The notes: generated by a model not told the origin, from the sequence alone. A DNA stretch of 64,000 nucleotides from Bilabrum cf. latius (GCA_965178125.1 OZ237735.1:1302001-1366000); one strand, 5' to 3'. Shown: positions 22,002 through 36,435, counted from the first letter of the stretch. Made by a program: numbers and translations.

Positions 22002-23779
22002 ATGCCTGTGCCTGCAGTTGCAACCCACAAATCTGTTGCTGAAGCAGCAAAGTATGATGCATTGGTGGTAGTAGGGTCATCCCCCGATAAATGCTCAACT
22101 GGAGTGTCCGACATTGACGGTGCGATCGCGGCAATGGCAGGATCCGACAAAACCGTGTCAAAGGAGGGCACTGTCAGCGCAGCCTACGGTCCTGCGTTCC
22201 CTGGTGGGAAGGCTTTCTACAGCTGTGCTGGTCCACTCAACAGAGACTACGGTAAGTTGCAGAATCGCCGCACGGCCGAAGATCCGAGTTATGCTTCACA
22301 TTTGTTCATCCACCACGCGCCCGCTTCAGACGCAAGATTCAACGGTCTTTCGCAGACGATGCTCGCATGATCGGAGATGCTGCGAAGGCCGGAGTCGCCA
22401 GGGCCAAGGCGGCGGGCTCGATCCAGCCACTCGTTGTTTTCTCAGGCGACGTCAGCGCGAAGGGAGAGCAGTTCGACCAAGCCTGCTGTGTAGGAGTGCT
22501 CGGTGCCTTGGAGGCCACGTACTGCCATATTCAGCACAGGGAGCACGTGGGTGAGTCAGCCGCCGAGCCAGTGATCGCCGTCGGCGTGTGCTGGCTGGGC
22601 CAGTGCCCCGGGGACGACCCCGCGGCCTACTGCAAGGCCCAGTCGGAGCTCGCCGCAGCTTTGGAGCAGGGCCGTCGCGTGGCCCGCGACATCTGCGGCG
22701 GAGACCCCGAGCGCATGGCCCCCCCTCGCGTGGCGGAGTACTGCGAGGAGGCCTTCAAGGGAGCCAAGGGCGTGAAGGTGTCGGTGGAGGCGGACCAGGC
22801 CAAGATTGCCAAGGAGTACCCTTTGCTGGATGCCGTGAACAGGTGTTCGGTGGAGAGGCACCGGGCTCGCATCGTGGAGCTCGAGTACACGGGTGAGGGT
22901 CCCATCGAGAGGACCGTGTACGTGGTGGGCAAGGGGGTCACGTACGACACGGGAGGCGCGGACATCAAGTACGGTGGGATCATGGCGGGGATGAGCAGGG
23001 ACAAAGGCGGTGCCGCGGCGGCGGCCGGACTCATCATGTCCCTGTCGCACCTGCAGCCCAAGGGCATCCGGGTGGTGAGCCTGCTGGGCATGGTGAGGAA
23101 CTCGGTGGGAGCCGAGTGCTACGTGGCTGACGAGGTCATCACGGGCCACTCGGGCAAGCGGATCCTCGTCGTGAACACCGACGCCGAGGGCCGCATGGTC
23201 AAGGCGGATCTGCTCTCTCTTGCCCGCACCCGCGTGCTTGAGGAGAGCAAGGGCGAGGCCCCCGCCCCTGGCTCTGTGATCGTGCACTCAGTCGCCACGC
23301 TCACCGGCCACGCCGTCGTGGCGTACGGAAACTATACCTCCGTCAACGGGAACGGCCCCGCCGTTCGCCTGGGCCTGCCCTCCGGCATCCAGGCGGCGGG
23401 CCAGGCCTTCGGTGACTGCTGCGAGGTGTCCACGCTCCGTCGTGAGGACTACAGGTTCGTGGCGCCGAGGCGGGCCCACTACGACGTGCTCCAGTGCAAC
23501 AGCGCGCCCTCGTCCCGGACTCCCCGCGGGCACCAGTTCCCGATGGCTTTCCTGTCCTGTGCGTCTGGCCTGGTCGACCACGGAGTGGACTCCAAGGTGC
23601 CCATTCCCTACTGCCACCTGGACATCGCCGGGTCTGCCAACGTCGGGGACGTTGCCACCGGTTACGAGACGGGCGCCGCTGTCGTCGCGCTGACTGCGCA
23701 CTACGCGGGGCTCGCGTCTGGCGTTGCATCGAGCGGGGCGAGCGCTAGCGGTGCCGCGACTGGCGGCGCCGGCCGGTGA
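22002..23779 (+). CDS. M17 family (leucyl/cytosol) aminopeptidase, 557 aa, 2 exons (22002-22251, 22356-23779)
   Basis: Metal-ligand motifs GKGVTYDTGG, MSRDKGGAA, NTDAEGR, ATLTG, HLDIAG. Intron 22252-22355 (GTAAGT..CGCAG) restores GPLNRDY|DDAR. No in-frame TAG. Ends in TGA. Confidence 0.95.
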
Positions 23780-23918
23780 GGTCTTGTCTAGTCGGATCGC
23801 GAGGCTGCTCAAAGAGGGGTACTAGTCATCTTGTTTTGTAAGTGACGGTCCAAACATTAGTGACTGATGGTATGCTCACAAAATAATCTTGAATCTTTAA
23901 GTCACTAACTCTCACCGT

Positions 23919-26900
23919 TCACCCGAATCCCACCACGCCCACAGTGCCATCAGAAAGGCCGAGCACTAGCGTCCGCGTATTTGGTGCGATCACAGCACTC
24001 ATGATGTAGCGCTGCGGCTTGCCGGCCTCGTCCAGGCGGCCATCTGCGAGGAGAACCCGCTCCGTCTCCATCGACCCGGCCTTGACCAGAAGCGCTGCTC
24101 GGGATGTGACGGCCAGCACCGAAGTACCAAGCGCCTCCAGAGCCACGATTGGGTCACCAAGAGATCGCGTTGAGTTGCACCCACCGTTGATGGACAGGCA
24201 AGCAATGGCGCTTCCACTGGCAGCGTATACGCTGCCAAAGAAGTCCATGCCGCTGATGCACTGCACGGGCATCGACCCTACCTTGAGAGCCACATCGGGC
24301 ACGAGCGTGCCGCCATCCGTGCAGCATGTGACGGCCACGCATCCCTACTTGTCACCAGACACAAACAACCCTATCGTATCGATGCATCTTGCAGCTGTGA
24401 TCTCAGCCACGTGGTGTGCAATTTCGGCGATGGGGCTCTGCGGGACTACCTCTTTTGCAATCCCAGCAAGCTGCCTCGTTCTGCGAAGCCGTACAGCTTG
24501 CCGGTCTGGCCCGGGCTCGGCTGGAACACCTGCAGATGAAGATGCCTTGGAGTCGCCTGACGTTTTATGTACGCCAGCACCAGCACCAGCACCAGCACCA
24601 GCACCAGCACCAGCACCAGCACCAGCACCAGCCGTTTTGAGCTCCGTGGTTGTACCTCCGGCGAGGTTAGGACAAGATTCCACAAAGGCCCAGGCCCCGC
24701 TCGGGTACAGGAACGTGGGAGGCCCACCCACCGGATGCAGCCGCGCCCCTAACTCTGCAAGCCCAAGGGCGCCGCCTCCATGGGACAGCGAACCGCCAAA
24801 CGTTGGTAGCGGTCCATTCTCAAAGCGGCACTCCAGCGAGGGTGTGGCGGGACGGCAGATCCCTGCAAGGGCGGCAGCATCACTGTCCACTAGCGGTGCC
24901 ACACCCGGTCGCCCTCGAGCGGAGGAGCCACCGAGGAGCAGGATGCCATCGGCAGCCTCGACCGTAGTGTTGACAGCGAGCTGCTTCAAGTTGCGGACTC
25001 CTAGCGAGGGCAAGTAGGAAGCTACCCGGTTGCCCTACCTTACTTGAACTGGAGCTGTTGCTGCCAAACCAAGCAAGGCAGCTGCAGGGATTCCCCTTGC
25101 GCTCCCAGCGGTAGACACATCCGACCACCCCTGGACTCCAGCACCTCCGTCGTTGGAATCAGGTACGTTGAACAAAGGGACCGAATCGATCACCACCTGT
25201 TGCGCTCTATGGCAGGCGCTGTACACTCGACGAGACAGTTCTGCTGGGGCCAATTCTCCCTGTTTCATGGCTAGGTCACGGCGAATGGAACCCAGCAACT
25301 CAGTTGGCACCGCTGATCCAAACGCTGCCAACTCGAGGACGCAAGCTCCTGGTGGAGCAAGTGCTTGCCTCTGCCATGACACAAGCGTTGGAGCGCGGCG
25401 ATCTGTTGCTGCGAGCTACACGGTAGAGTCGTAGCCACCCTTGGCCTCGACAATAGACAGCGACCGCTGCGCGTACATGGCAAGCCGCGTACCCAGCTCC
25501 AACCGAGGAGCTCGAAGCACTCGCCGCTGTGCTGAAGCTTGTGCATACAGAAATAGCACAGCTGCTGGGTCTGCTGGATCAGCACCCGGCCGCCCGGCTG
25601 CTGCCCTGGCCCTTCGCCAATCCTCTGTGAACGTTCTTAGCTGATGGCCAGCGTACCGCTCTGCGTTCTCCACCAGCCACGAGGATCCATCGGACGCCTG
25701 CGAAGAGCTGGCGAAGCCGAGCCCCATGAGAGCATCGCCGTGACCCTCCAGCTCAGATGCATGCGCCGCGGCTCGCATGCCGCCGCCGACATGCCTTCCA
25801 GGGGAAGAAGTCGCGGACACTACGAGGCTGTAGATTGCCGAAGCGTACGAAGGACCGGTGGCGGTGGCAAAATCTGCATCCTGCCGCAGCGCGGTGATTC
25901 CCAAGTTGTCAGGATCGGCGGCATTCGACCGCCTTGGCTAGCTGGCAGCATGCCCATGTGTCTGTCGGAGCACAGCCGCTACTGACTTCTTCTTGCTCGT
26001 AGATTCTGCAGTGGCGCTGGCCTTTGGAGACGTAAATCCGAACCCCGGCTGCTGCTGTGGGTCAGCGCTCTCACTGACGAGACTGCCGCAAGCCGAGCTG
26101 ACTGCAAGCACGTCAATGCACCCGTTGGCATATCCGGCAAAGACTCGCGTACCGTTCATACCCAAGCACAGCGACGTCACAGGAACGCCGGGATGAAACG
26201 CAGGGATCCTCCATACTGGGATAGCATGCGTGGATTCAGCGGCATTCTGGCCGATGAAGGACCCCAGCGCTTTCGGCGAGGCTGCATAGGAAGCCATGCT
26301 ATGCTGAGGTTTTGATGGCGCAGAGCCGCGAATGGAAAACCCGAAGAGGCATCCGGTCGGGTCTCCACCAACCAGCAGCGTGTCGTCATCTGGCAGCAGC
26401 AGCAGGGGAACTGCCGCAGACTTGGCAGCTCTGTACCCCGGCCCGGCCTGCGCAAACGAAGCCTCAGACCCCCGGGGCAAACCCTAGCAAGGAAAACCGA
26501 GCGGGTCGTCTATGGCCGAATCGCTGAACCGCTCTGGGATCAGACTACCATTTGAAGCTGCTGTTGGGCTTGGAAGCGAAATGCTACCCACCCGAGCATG
26601 GGATGCCTTGCGAAGCAGCTTTGGAGATGTCGGAGTGCTCGCTGTCCGAGCGGGCGCTCGCAGCGGAGCAGTGCATATCGCAGCCCCGCGTTGCGACGGC
26701 AGCACGATCCGAGGGGCATCTACATCGCTGGTCCACACGCAGGGCATGCCCCCGCGCTCCACCGAGTGGGACAGCACGTGCGAGCAGAGCCCACCTCTTG
26801 TGTCGATCGTAGCCACACGAGTAGTGCCAAATGGGAGCAAGATGGCGTGAACCGGTGCCCGATGCGTCGTGTTCACAACAGAAAACCGCGCTGAGCTAGC

Positions 26901-29900
26901 TGTACTCAGCTTGGCACTCGCGATGGCAGAAGCCCAGCTGAGGTTCAGCGACTCTGCTGCTGACAGCCGTGCAATATGGGGCTTCGTGAAGAGCTGTTGA
27001 GGCGTTTGCCCGAACGACATGATCTGTGACACGCGCGATCGTTTCTCAACAGGGTCCTATATCTCGGACAGGTTCACCGCCCCCTCGTAGGTGAGCCAGT
27101 AGAACTCGTTGTCTGCCTTCACCGCTTCCTCTCCCCGCTGCTTGAAACCGAAAATGAGATCCACCCAGTGATTAAGTTTCTATGAAACGTGCTCGCTCTC
27201 CAAAGCCTCGCGCATTGTACGGACGAAGCGATCCGGCGAGCCATGCGCCCAAGGAGGGAGCACAACGTCATTCAACTCTATGCCGTCCTGTCGCGTTCCG
27301 AGCGGGAGACTCTGCTGGTTTCGAAGGAAGTCGGGCGTACAGTAGAATTCCGGGATGAGCTCCTTCACGTCGGATGGATTCTGCAGCACATTGCTCCAGG
27401 CCTCTTGGATCGAGTGAAACAGCCTGTCTGCGTGATCGAACTTTCCAGACTAGAGCTCCATAGCAAGGGAGCTGAACGGCTCCATTCGAACCAAGTAGTA
27501 CAGCACCGCACCCATCGAGCTGTAGTGAGACCCATACAGGAACTTGGGGGCACCGACATCCTCGAACGCCAGCCTCCTCTCCTGCAGCCTCTTCAGCCTG
27601 ACTGGGTTCAACGCCCCGACTGGCTTCGTGAGGTCACGGAACGTGGAAGTTGTTGGTCGCTCGAGATCCAGCGTATCGCTCTCGAAGTCAGCGATGACCC
27701 AGGGGAAGACAGGGTACTGTGACATGTCAGACGTGGTCCGCCCTGCCGCTTGGTTGAGGTGCATGAGGTAGTCAAAGTTGCTGATGGCCCTCAGTCTCCA
27801 GGCCGCTGTCCACCTCATCGTCTCTACCAGTGCAGGTCCGTCAAGGACACCAGTGGGGTCTGCACGCGGCCTCGCGGCGGTCGAAAACTCTCCACTCTGT
27901 GGCAGCGAAGCGCCTCCTTGGACCGAAGGCAAGGCTACACGGCTGCCAGGCGGAAATTGCACTGGCCGAAGGCGTTGCGATGCAGGTACCGAAAGGCCAG
28001 CTGGTCTGCCAGAGCTGCTTCGTAACAACGCGTCGGCCTGCGTTTTAACCGCAGAAGCAGCCACCTTATGCAACCTATCTACGAATTCAGTCTTGGCCTT
28101 CGCGTGCCCGAAGGCCAGAAACAAAGGTGACTGCCACGATGAAAACATCACCTCGATGGCAGTGGGTTGAAGCAGGTACCGCCTAGAATACACGTAAGAA
28201 ATGTCGCGCAGCTACCACGACCTCGGCTACATGCAGCGCAATTTCCCTGCGAATAGCGCATCTTGGACGGCCTGCTCGGACCCGGTCAGGTTTCGCCTCA
28301 GCCTGCTCCTGCTGGACCGCATCTTCTTTGGCGATCCCGCCGAGGAGGGCGGGACCATCTCGTTTGCACCGGACATGCGCTCCGTGTCAATGCGGTCCGC
28401 GCAGCGGTCGCATACGCGGACGGGCTCCTTGTAGCCGAGTAGAGGAATGGGTCTCCGCTCATTGGAACAGCTCTGACAGACCACACTGCCGCACTTTCTG
28501 CAGTGGTGCTTGCCGCTCGAGAGCATGCTGGACACGAACGGGTCGCCACAAACCATGCAATCCTACGCCTCGCTGTCTGGAATCCATTCGGGTCGACTGC
28601 CAATCATGGCTTTGGTGAGCGACTCGCCTGCCGTGGCAGCATCCCCTGCTGCGCTCGGGGCGGGGCTATGCAGCCCCAGCAGCGCACTCATTCCCACTGC
28701 TTCGGCCGACCCATCGTCGTACTCCATCTGGAACACGTCAGCTGCACTGACCCACTGACACTCCCCGGTGCCACCGACGTCCTCCACGCTGCCCTGACAC
28801 ACTAGGGCCTCTGGAAAGAAAAGAAGGCGAGTCGGGGTGAGCTCCACACGACCTGCTACGCTCACTCCCGGCATTACTAGCACGCAGTGGGAGGCATACA
28901 GTGCGGCTCCGTAGTCGAAGTTGCCGTGAGCTAGCTTCACAACCTGCCATTGGCTGTCATCCGCAGGCACTTCGCTAGCATCCACAGACAGATCCCGCGG
29001 TTGTCCTGGGGTAGGTAACGGCGTGATTGGGTCTGCTCCAGCACCAGATGCTGGTGGAGGACGTGCGAGGGTGCCTTCAGTGGCAGGCGTGACAGCCGCA
29101 AGTGCCTCGGATACTGGCTCCTCGCCAGGGAACTTTGCCCCCTTTATAGGGGTATGAAACGAGTCCTTTGGCACATTGCGCTTACCTGCACTGCCAATGG
29201 CAGCATCTTCACCAAGAACCGCGGGTTCAGCCCCACCTGGTCGGATGGGCCCGACCCACCCAATGTCCTTGGGAGTGCCGGCATTCTGCCGGCGAGGCAG
29301 CAGCCAAGACACAGCAGGCACTCCTGCTTGCATGACTGCCCTGGAGACGCGCAATTGACCAGGTACCTCCATCGCAGACCAAACCATGGTAGAGGGAGGT
29401 CGGCTGCCAGCCACGGACGGTCGGCTCTGCGTCGAGCTTGCCCAAATTGGCAGGCGCCCCAGAAATCTGATCTCGGCGGCAGTCAATCTATCTCCCACAG
29501 CATCGCTCCAACTTCCACCATCAATAAATGCTGCCATTTGCCGCTTCTAATTGTCATACATATTGGCATCCCGCTGCAGCTTGGCGGCGTGCAGGCTCTT
29601 GGCCCAATCGCTGAGACCTCGCTGCACGTACTGGCTAAGGCGCAGTGTGTGGGACCGCCATCTCCGGTCCCGTAGAGCCGCAATTGGTCGAATTGAGCCA
29701 TGTAATGCAATCTAGGACAAAGAAGCTTCCAGAGCGCTGGTTGGAAACACCACCGGTTTGGAAATCGCGCCTCCTCCTGCCCCGGGGGATGTTGCAGTCG
29801 GCGTGCTCATGTGCTCGTGGATAGGTGGAACGGCATCTACAAGCCCTACAGCCCCGAGAATATCCACTGCTGCTGTCCACAAGCTCTCTACAATGGACAA

Positions 29901-32900
29901 TACGGACCTCACAAGCTAGGAAGCAGCCGCAACGTCGCTTGCAGCACTATCGCCCCTCTCAATAACGGAGTTTGCGATACCCCGCACAGTGCACGCACTC
30001 TCTGCAAGAACCAAGGCGGTGTGAATAGACACCTTTCGGCTAGCGCTCTATCCGGTGGAGTCTTGCTACCCCGTCTGAAACATTTTCGATCTTGTCAGGG
30101 CGGTGCTCAAGCGGCCGAACAAGAGACGAGCCCTCACTGAGCCTTTCTCGACATGCTAGCCCTGGCTCGACGAAATCTCTGACACGGCCGATTCTATGCC
30201 ACAGCACAGCAATTGGATCTGGATGGATCTCAACGATAGCGACGAGCACGGCTGCATTAGAGTCTGCGGTGACTTGACTCGCCTGTCCTAGTCCTGGCTG
30301 GAGCCCCTGCGATGGTGCCCGCCCAGCAGTCGGGCAGAGGCCACGTGCCTCCGAGATGGAAGCTGGGTCGCGGCATTGGCATCCACTGCCCACTCGAGGG
30401 GCACAATTTGTTCCAGCAGCTTGAGGTCTCTGCTCCTGTCAGAGGCGGAAGCTCCGCGCTGCTTGAGACTATTCCCAGCACCGGCTACTGTCACGTCAGC
30501 GGATCTGCCTCGGAGGATACGGGCTGCCGCTGCAATGCTTTGCGCAGCTTCGCGCGCCTTGTCAATTTTACTGCGCTCTTCCGCCTTGAACCGACGAACG
30601 AATCGCCTACGGCTGCCAATTGCACTGCCGGCGTTAGCACGTCCTGCCAAGCCACCGGGGCCCACCGTTGCCTACTCAGATAAAGGCTTAAGGGGGCTGC
30701 CTGCAGAATGGACCTTGTATTGGCGTGGCGGGCTTCCCAGAGGTCCACGATCAATGCCGGTTAGAGTCCCATCGGTGCTGAGTGTTCTTGACGACATGCC
30801 ATCTGAAGCGAACGAAGACCTCGACAGAGCTCTCCTCTTCTCATCAAGACCACCCCCGAGCCCCGGCAGACTCGAGGATCTTGGACGAAAGCTTTCATCT
30901 ACTGATGCTATGACATCCTCCATCTCATCTCGACTCGTTGACACGGATGGATTTGCGTTTGGAATAGACATTGAAGCTGTAGAATCGCCAAGAACGGCGG
31001 TAGACCTACCGGGCGATTCCTTGAGTGCGGCGGATTGTACCCCTGTAGGAGACCCTGGCACCATCACCCACGATGTATCCTCTTCGATTGAAGACGAGCC
31101 GGCTGCTGCGGTATCAATGTGAGCTGGAGCACGCTTCATAGCCTTGCGCGCGCCTGGGCGCTTCGCCTTTAGCCCTGCGCTTGCAAATCTCGAGTCAATT
31201 GCAGCTTCATTGCCGGCGTGCCACGCAGATTCTAGGTCAGACCAGCCATCGTCGGTGATATCAGGACACACGGTCAGTAGCATGTCAAGCACCAGCTAGC
31301 AGGAGTCTTCAAGCCGGCGCTTGAGCATGTGAATTGATGAAATCTCTAGAAAGAGACTTTGAGCCTTGTCACCCGGGTTCATCGGGCTCGTCTCGCCAGC
31401 AGCAGGTTGATTGACACCGTCTGCATCTGATGCACCTGACTGCACTGCTTGTAGGCAATCGAACGCCAGTCTCACCGCATAGACGGATGCTTTCCACTGT
31501 GGATGCGACTTTGGAGGCGGCGAGTCCGGCTCGACGCCCTCGAGCAGAAGCTTTAGCGAGGTGCAGTGGCTCCTTAGAACTCCATCGAGCACAGCCATCC
31601 AGATGCGAAGACCACCTTGGGACACCGATAATCCAGCTGTGCTATGCTGCTTGACCTGTAAGCCGATGACTTTTGAGACTTGAGGGCGCAGCACCTCGCT
31701 CGCGTCTTCAACTCTAGGGCACACCTAGTGCAGCCAGCCAAGAACACTTGCTAATCCGTGTACCTTCTTTGATGCAAGGCGGACTACGACACGAACTAGC
31801 AGCCACCAAGATACAATGTCGTGGGTCTCAGGAAAGTCAATCGCCAGATCCCTGAGGCAATGTGACAGCAGCAAGTCGTCGCCGCTGGTCTGTCCAGCTA
31901 CCACGGCCAGTAGACAGGACATAGCAATCTGTGCCACCTGGGCTACTGGGCTACCCGCCCCGAGTGTAGTAAGCGAACCCGCTGCCTACAATTTGTCTCG
32001 ATCTTTCGAATCCTGTGACATAACAGTGCTTGCAAAATGCCTCGCATGCTCCACTTGCTGCTCCGCAACTCGCTTGAGATCGTCAGCTTCGGTTGTTGAT
32101 GCACCCTCTCTCGGGTCTAGCTGGGTCGTCGAAGCGTTCGCTTGGTCGAATAATATACTTCTTTCTGATGTGCTAGCAACCAGCAGCAACCAATACGGCC
32201 AGCTTGCCTTGGACACAACCAATTGCCTATTCGTTGCGGCATGCCGAGCGGAGTCCTCGGGTCTCGACGACGTCGAACTTCCCAGCAGCAGGCTGTGCAA
32301 ATCGCGACAAATCAATGCCCGGGTATCCGGGCTGGACCTGGTACTGCAGTCCAGGATAAGATCCAGGAATCGCGGGCTCTAGATTGGCAGGCACCGGATC
32401 ACTTTTGGAAACGACATGGGTTTGGTGCCACCGCTCGAGTTGCTCCGGCTCAGCTCGCGTGAATAGGCTTGCGACAGCAAAACCTGCGCGCTTGGATCTG
32501 TGCTCAGCAAGATTCCCTCCAGAATCCGTACCGTGGCTACAGACACATTCTTTCCTTGCAGCAGTCGTCTAGCCAGCAGAGCCTGCTCATCTTGTGGAAA
32601 GTGCCGCAAGTCGGCTGCCTGTGATCCACCAGCCGCTGCAATCGAGCAGCACTACAATCTACTCACAAGTAGCAACGCGAGCTACTGCAACGGTTCCGAT
32701 TCGGCACGAAGGAGCTACCACACAACAGCGGCCTCTCCAAGAAGCAACAATCGCCTGCCGAGCTCGTCATCGCATGCCTTCGGGCACGGAATACTTCGCA
32801 GCACCGACAGAAAGCTGCCATGCAACTCTTCTTGGCCTGTGCTCAAGCCTTCAATGACAGGCGCGAGAACAAGCTACCAGTGAAGTGGCATGTCAGTCTC

Positions 32901-35900
32901 ATTCACATCGTCTCCAATGGAAGAGGACTCAGATGGTAGCGGCAGCAGATCTAACAACATCGCAACGACGGCCTCCTTAACTGCATCAGGGCTGTCAGAC
33001 GCTAGAACTGACAAGTACGGCCCGACAAGCGCCTAGTATGCCGCGGGACGGTCGTGGCGAAGTCTATAGGTATGACCAAGACGCGATTCTGCAGAAATCC
33101 GTCGAGTCTCATACTCTCGCAACGATACTCTCCGAATGCCAAGAACATCGGATAACTCGTCTTCTTGGCCTACTGCATGCTGAATTAGGAGTCTTGCTAG
33201 CAGCGTCAGCCGGATCCTGCTCTGTGTCATTCCAGCTTCCTGCGTTGCAGATTCGTCAATACTTGCAGCGCTTTCAATGTCGCTAAGGCTGGTCAGTGCC
33301 CCGGCAATGCGGGTTTGAGGGACAAAAAGAGCCACCATGCGCGTGTTTGCAGCAGCAAACACCAGCATGTCATCCAAGACTCCGCTTGCATCTGCGCACT
33401 CGGGAGCCGTCCACAGATCGAACCTGTAAAGCAGCAGCTGGAGGGCATCTCTCGCCGCAGAAGCACCGAATGGAGGGACCCCACTAGGCCCTACAGCTTG
33501 AATAATACCATCTTGCGGGGCATCGAACAGTGGTTGATAGCCACCGATACAGCTGGCAACCAAGCGAGCGCAGGCGCGCCACAGGCCACGCGATCTGTGT
33601 TTGGCCGGGTGCATGGCAAGCATGCGAGCCATGATAGAGGGTCCCTTGCAGCCAATGAAGGATCGGGCCAGGTCTGCCGATGCCGCTGCCATCGATGCCA
33701 TGCAAGAGACCACTTGCTTCAAGCCCATGCAGTCGAGGGGGCTCGCCAGCAAAGGTTGCACTGGTACGCTAGACCCGCCAGACTGCAGGGGTAGCAGCTG
33801 CAGCATGACTGCAGGGCCACCAACATCGCTTGATTCAGATGGGCGGATCACAACTTGAGCTGGACTGGAATCCAAGATAGGGTCCCCACTGAGTTTTGCA
33901 GTGCGGAGCTGCACCCCATGGGCGTGCTGTGGTGACGACTTTGAGGCGCCGTCTGCCTTCGGAGCCGCGTCGCTGTCACCACCAACCGCCGCTATAGCCG
34001 CGCATTCAGCAGTAGGTGAACTGTACGATTCAGCCTGGTCTGCCTTCGCCAGCAGACTTTTGATTTCATTCCATTGATCTGCAGTCAGACCATCGTTGAG
34101 CCTATCAGCTAGCTATTCGGCTGCCGACCATGACGGGACAGCGGTCAGCGCAGGTGGTGCGAGGAGTGGCAACAAGCTGATCGCGCCCCCAAATGGACGC
34201 ACCGTTTCGCCTATATCCTATCGTACAACAAGGCGCGATCCACCTCGAGAAAATTGGATGCTGCCGGGCCCTGACCAGTCAAGCCTGGAGCCCAACAAAA
34301 CGGCGTGGCATCCACATGCAGACTGGTCCAACACAGCAAGCACGGAGGAATTCTTGCTCGATGATGCGGTCCGATGCATTCCAATAGCTTGAGCAGCATG
34401 GGCAGAATCAGGACCAGCGACACAGCAGCGCTTTGCGTCGAGACAGGCAACGCAGTCTTCCCACCAAGACACCGGCAAGGCAGACGCACCAACAGCGCAC
34501 TCTCGACGCCGGGGAGCGCAGTTGTCAAGAAATACCGCGGTGCGCGGAGTAACCTGCTCTATAAACGCAGCAGTTGCTTCTGCGCTAGACACCTTGCCCT
34601 CCAGTATCCTCGATACTTCGCGGAACGACCGTTGGGTCGATACCTTGCGGCTTCTTCGCACTCGGCGGCCCTATCCCGCAGCCTACGAATCGGTGCTACC
34701 AGAAACTGCTTCTTCGGTGTCTAGCTTCCTAGCAGATTTGCTCTCCATGGCTTGAGCAAACATGTCTGGTCGGTCTATATGAAGCGCAGGCAGGCTGTCC
34801 AGACCAGGCACCGCGGGCTCAAGCACAACCGTGGGCTTGCTGGATACCCCCGGGGCTGGGAGCTGCACGAGCGGTGCCATGGATCGCGATGGGGGGAGCA
34901 AATCCATGTTTGGAGAGGGCTGCGCCGCGAAGATAGCGTTGGCGCCTTGGTCGTCGATGCCTCGCGCAAGCACGATCGCGCTGGCGAGCTGGCCGTGGAA
35001 TCTGCGGGAGAGGTTGAGACGCGCGTCTGGGGGCATACAGTTGCTATCGTCGCAGATCAAGCGGTCAAGGCTCAAACGGAAGCATTGCGTGTACTATTGC
35101 TCAATCAGTCGACCTCGTGATATCTCACCCCCCAATGTACGACTCTTGCAGCCTGGACTCGGCCGGTTTCGGGTAGTGAATGGACCCTTCGGCTACCTTG
35201 ACGCCATCGATCCACACCAAGCCATACTGGAAGAGACCCATCATGCTTGTCTTGTAGGTCGCAATGATTCTGTGCCACCGGCCAACGGCTAGCTTGCCAG
35301 CGCCCGATGCCCCAGTAAGCTCGTCCAGAACTCTGCCCCTCTCCCCGGTGACGCGTGACACCACTTGGCCACCGCTCCTGACGGCGAGCTCAACCCCGAC
35401 CCCATTGACTGCTCTAAATCGGAACAACAGCTCCTCTCCGGGCAGCGGGATACCGACTCCACGGGCGGCCGCATCGACCGTGCTGCCGACTGTCCCAGGC
35501 TCTGGCCAAGCGTCCAAACGAGCCCATATCGCAACTGTGAAGCCGCTATCGCCCGGCCACCGCATTAGCCTGGGTAACAACAAACCATATCCTTGCAAGT
35601 CTAACGAAGCAGAACATTCCAATCTCGAGCTTGTGCAGGCCGACTCGATGGCTCGCAAGACCGGCAACACTGCCGCCGGATGGCTGCGAGCATCGAGTGA
35701 CACACTGGCTCCTGCTCTGTCCGAACAAGACGTGTCAACACTACAATGTACATATCGGCGGCACAATGATCGCATGCAATTGAATAGAGTGCGTGGACTG
35801 GAACGTACTCTCAACTGCTACGACAATACATCAGCCCAGATTTGCGGGCCTCCTGTTTCATCGGCTCGTACCGAATCGACAATGGAGGCAGCAACCGACT

Positions 35901-36045
35901 TTTCGTGATTTGAGTTCGATGCTTCAGCAGCTGCAGCAATCGACTCATTCATCCCTACAATAAGCGCCTTGACAGCTGCATCCGTCGACTTCGCTTCGGA
36001 AGCATCAACGAGCGATAGAACGGAAGGCTTTGGCAAAGAACTCAT
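23919..36045 (-). CDS. BEACH-domain protein (ConA/LamG-like - helical - PH with inserted FYVE - BEACH - WD40), ~3999 aa, 2 exons (36045-35129, 35001-23919)
   Basis: About 20 ORF fragments from 23919 to 34683 share one frame with TAG junctions. BEACH motifs: [80 protein letters not shown]. LamG-like [11 protein letters not shown]. Ends in TGA. Not every gap was read base by base. Confidence 0.9.
24574..24632. repeat. (CCAGCA)x~10 coding microsatellite, encoding Gly-Ala repeats in the BEACH protein
   Basis: Perfect hexamer tandem array, 9 full units plus a partial unit. Confidence 0.95.
35002..35128 (-). other. Spliceosomal intron (127 nt, GTGAGA...CTCAACCTCTCCCGCAG)
   Basis: Explains the only frame change in the BEACH gene; joins SYIG-G|FHGQLAS. 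Branch-like CTCAAC plus pyrimidine tract. Confidence 0.8.
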
Positions 36046-36435
36046 GGAAAACGGGCTGCTTAGACTAGCGTGTGGTGGACGCACCGGTGATCGAGCAGGT
36101 TTCAATGCGATTGTTTACGCACTTCTCTTTTCTTTTCATTGCCCATTTCAAATGAGGCATTCAATTATAGATCGGAGCACAGCGCGATCGGGGCAACAGT
36201 TCTATTCTTGTTTGCAATGGATCTTGGCGTTTCGGTAGGAGATATTGTAGAGCATTCCTTGAAAACAACTTCTGTTTCGGCTCGTCCTCCCCATGCTGTC
36301 TAGACTGCGTCGAAGTTGGCATTTCCCAGACCTGTGCTGTTGACTGGTACCGGAAGTGACGGAATTTCAGATAGGTTGAGGAACGCACGTCGTAAACGAC
36401 TGTAGAACGTGACTAGCAGTGCAGGTAACCATTCA

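Noticed and set aside
36350-36362. CCGGAAGTGACG ETS-like motif in the BEACH/RPAP1 divergent promoter
   Set aside because: Single occurrence, not seen in the other divergent regions, and ETS factors are animal-specific.
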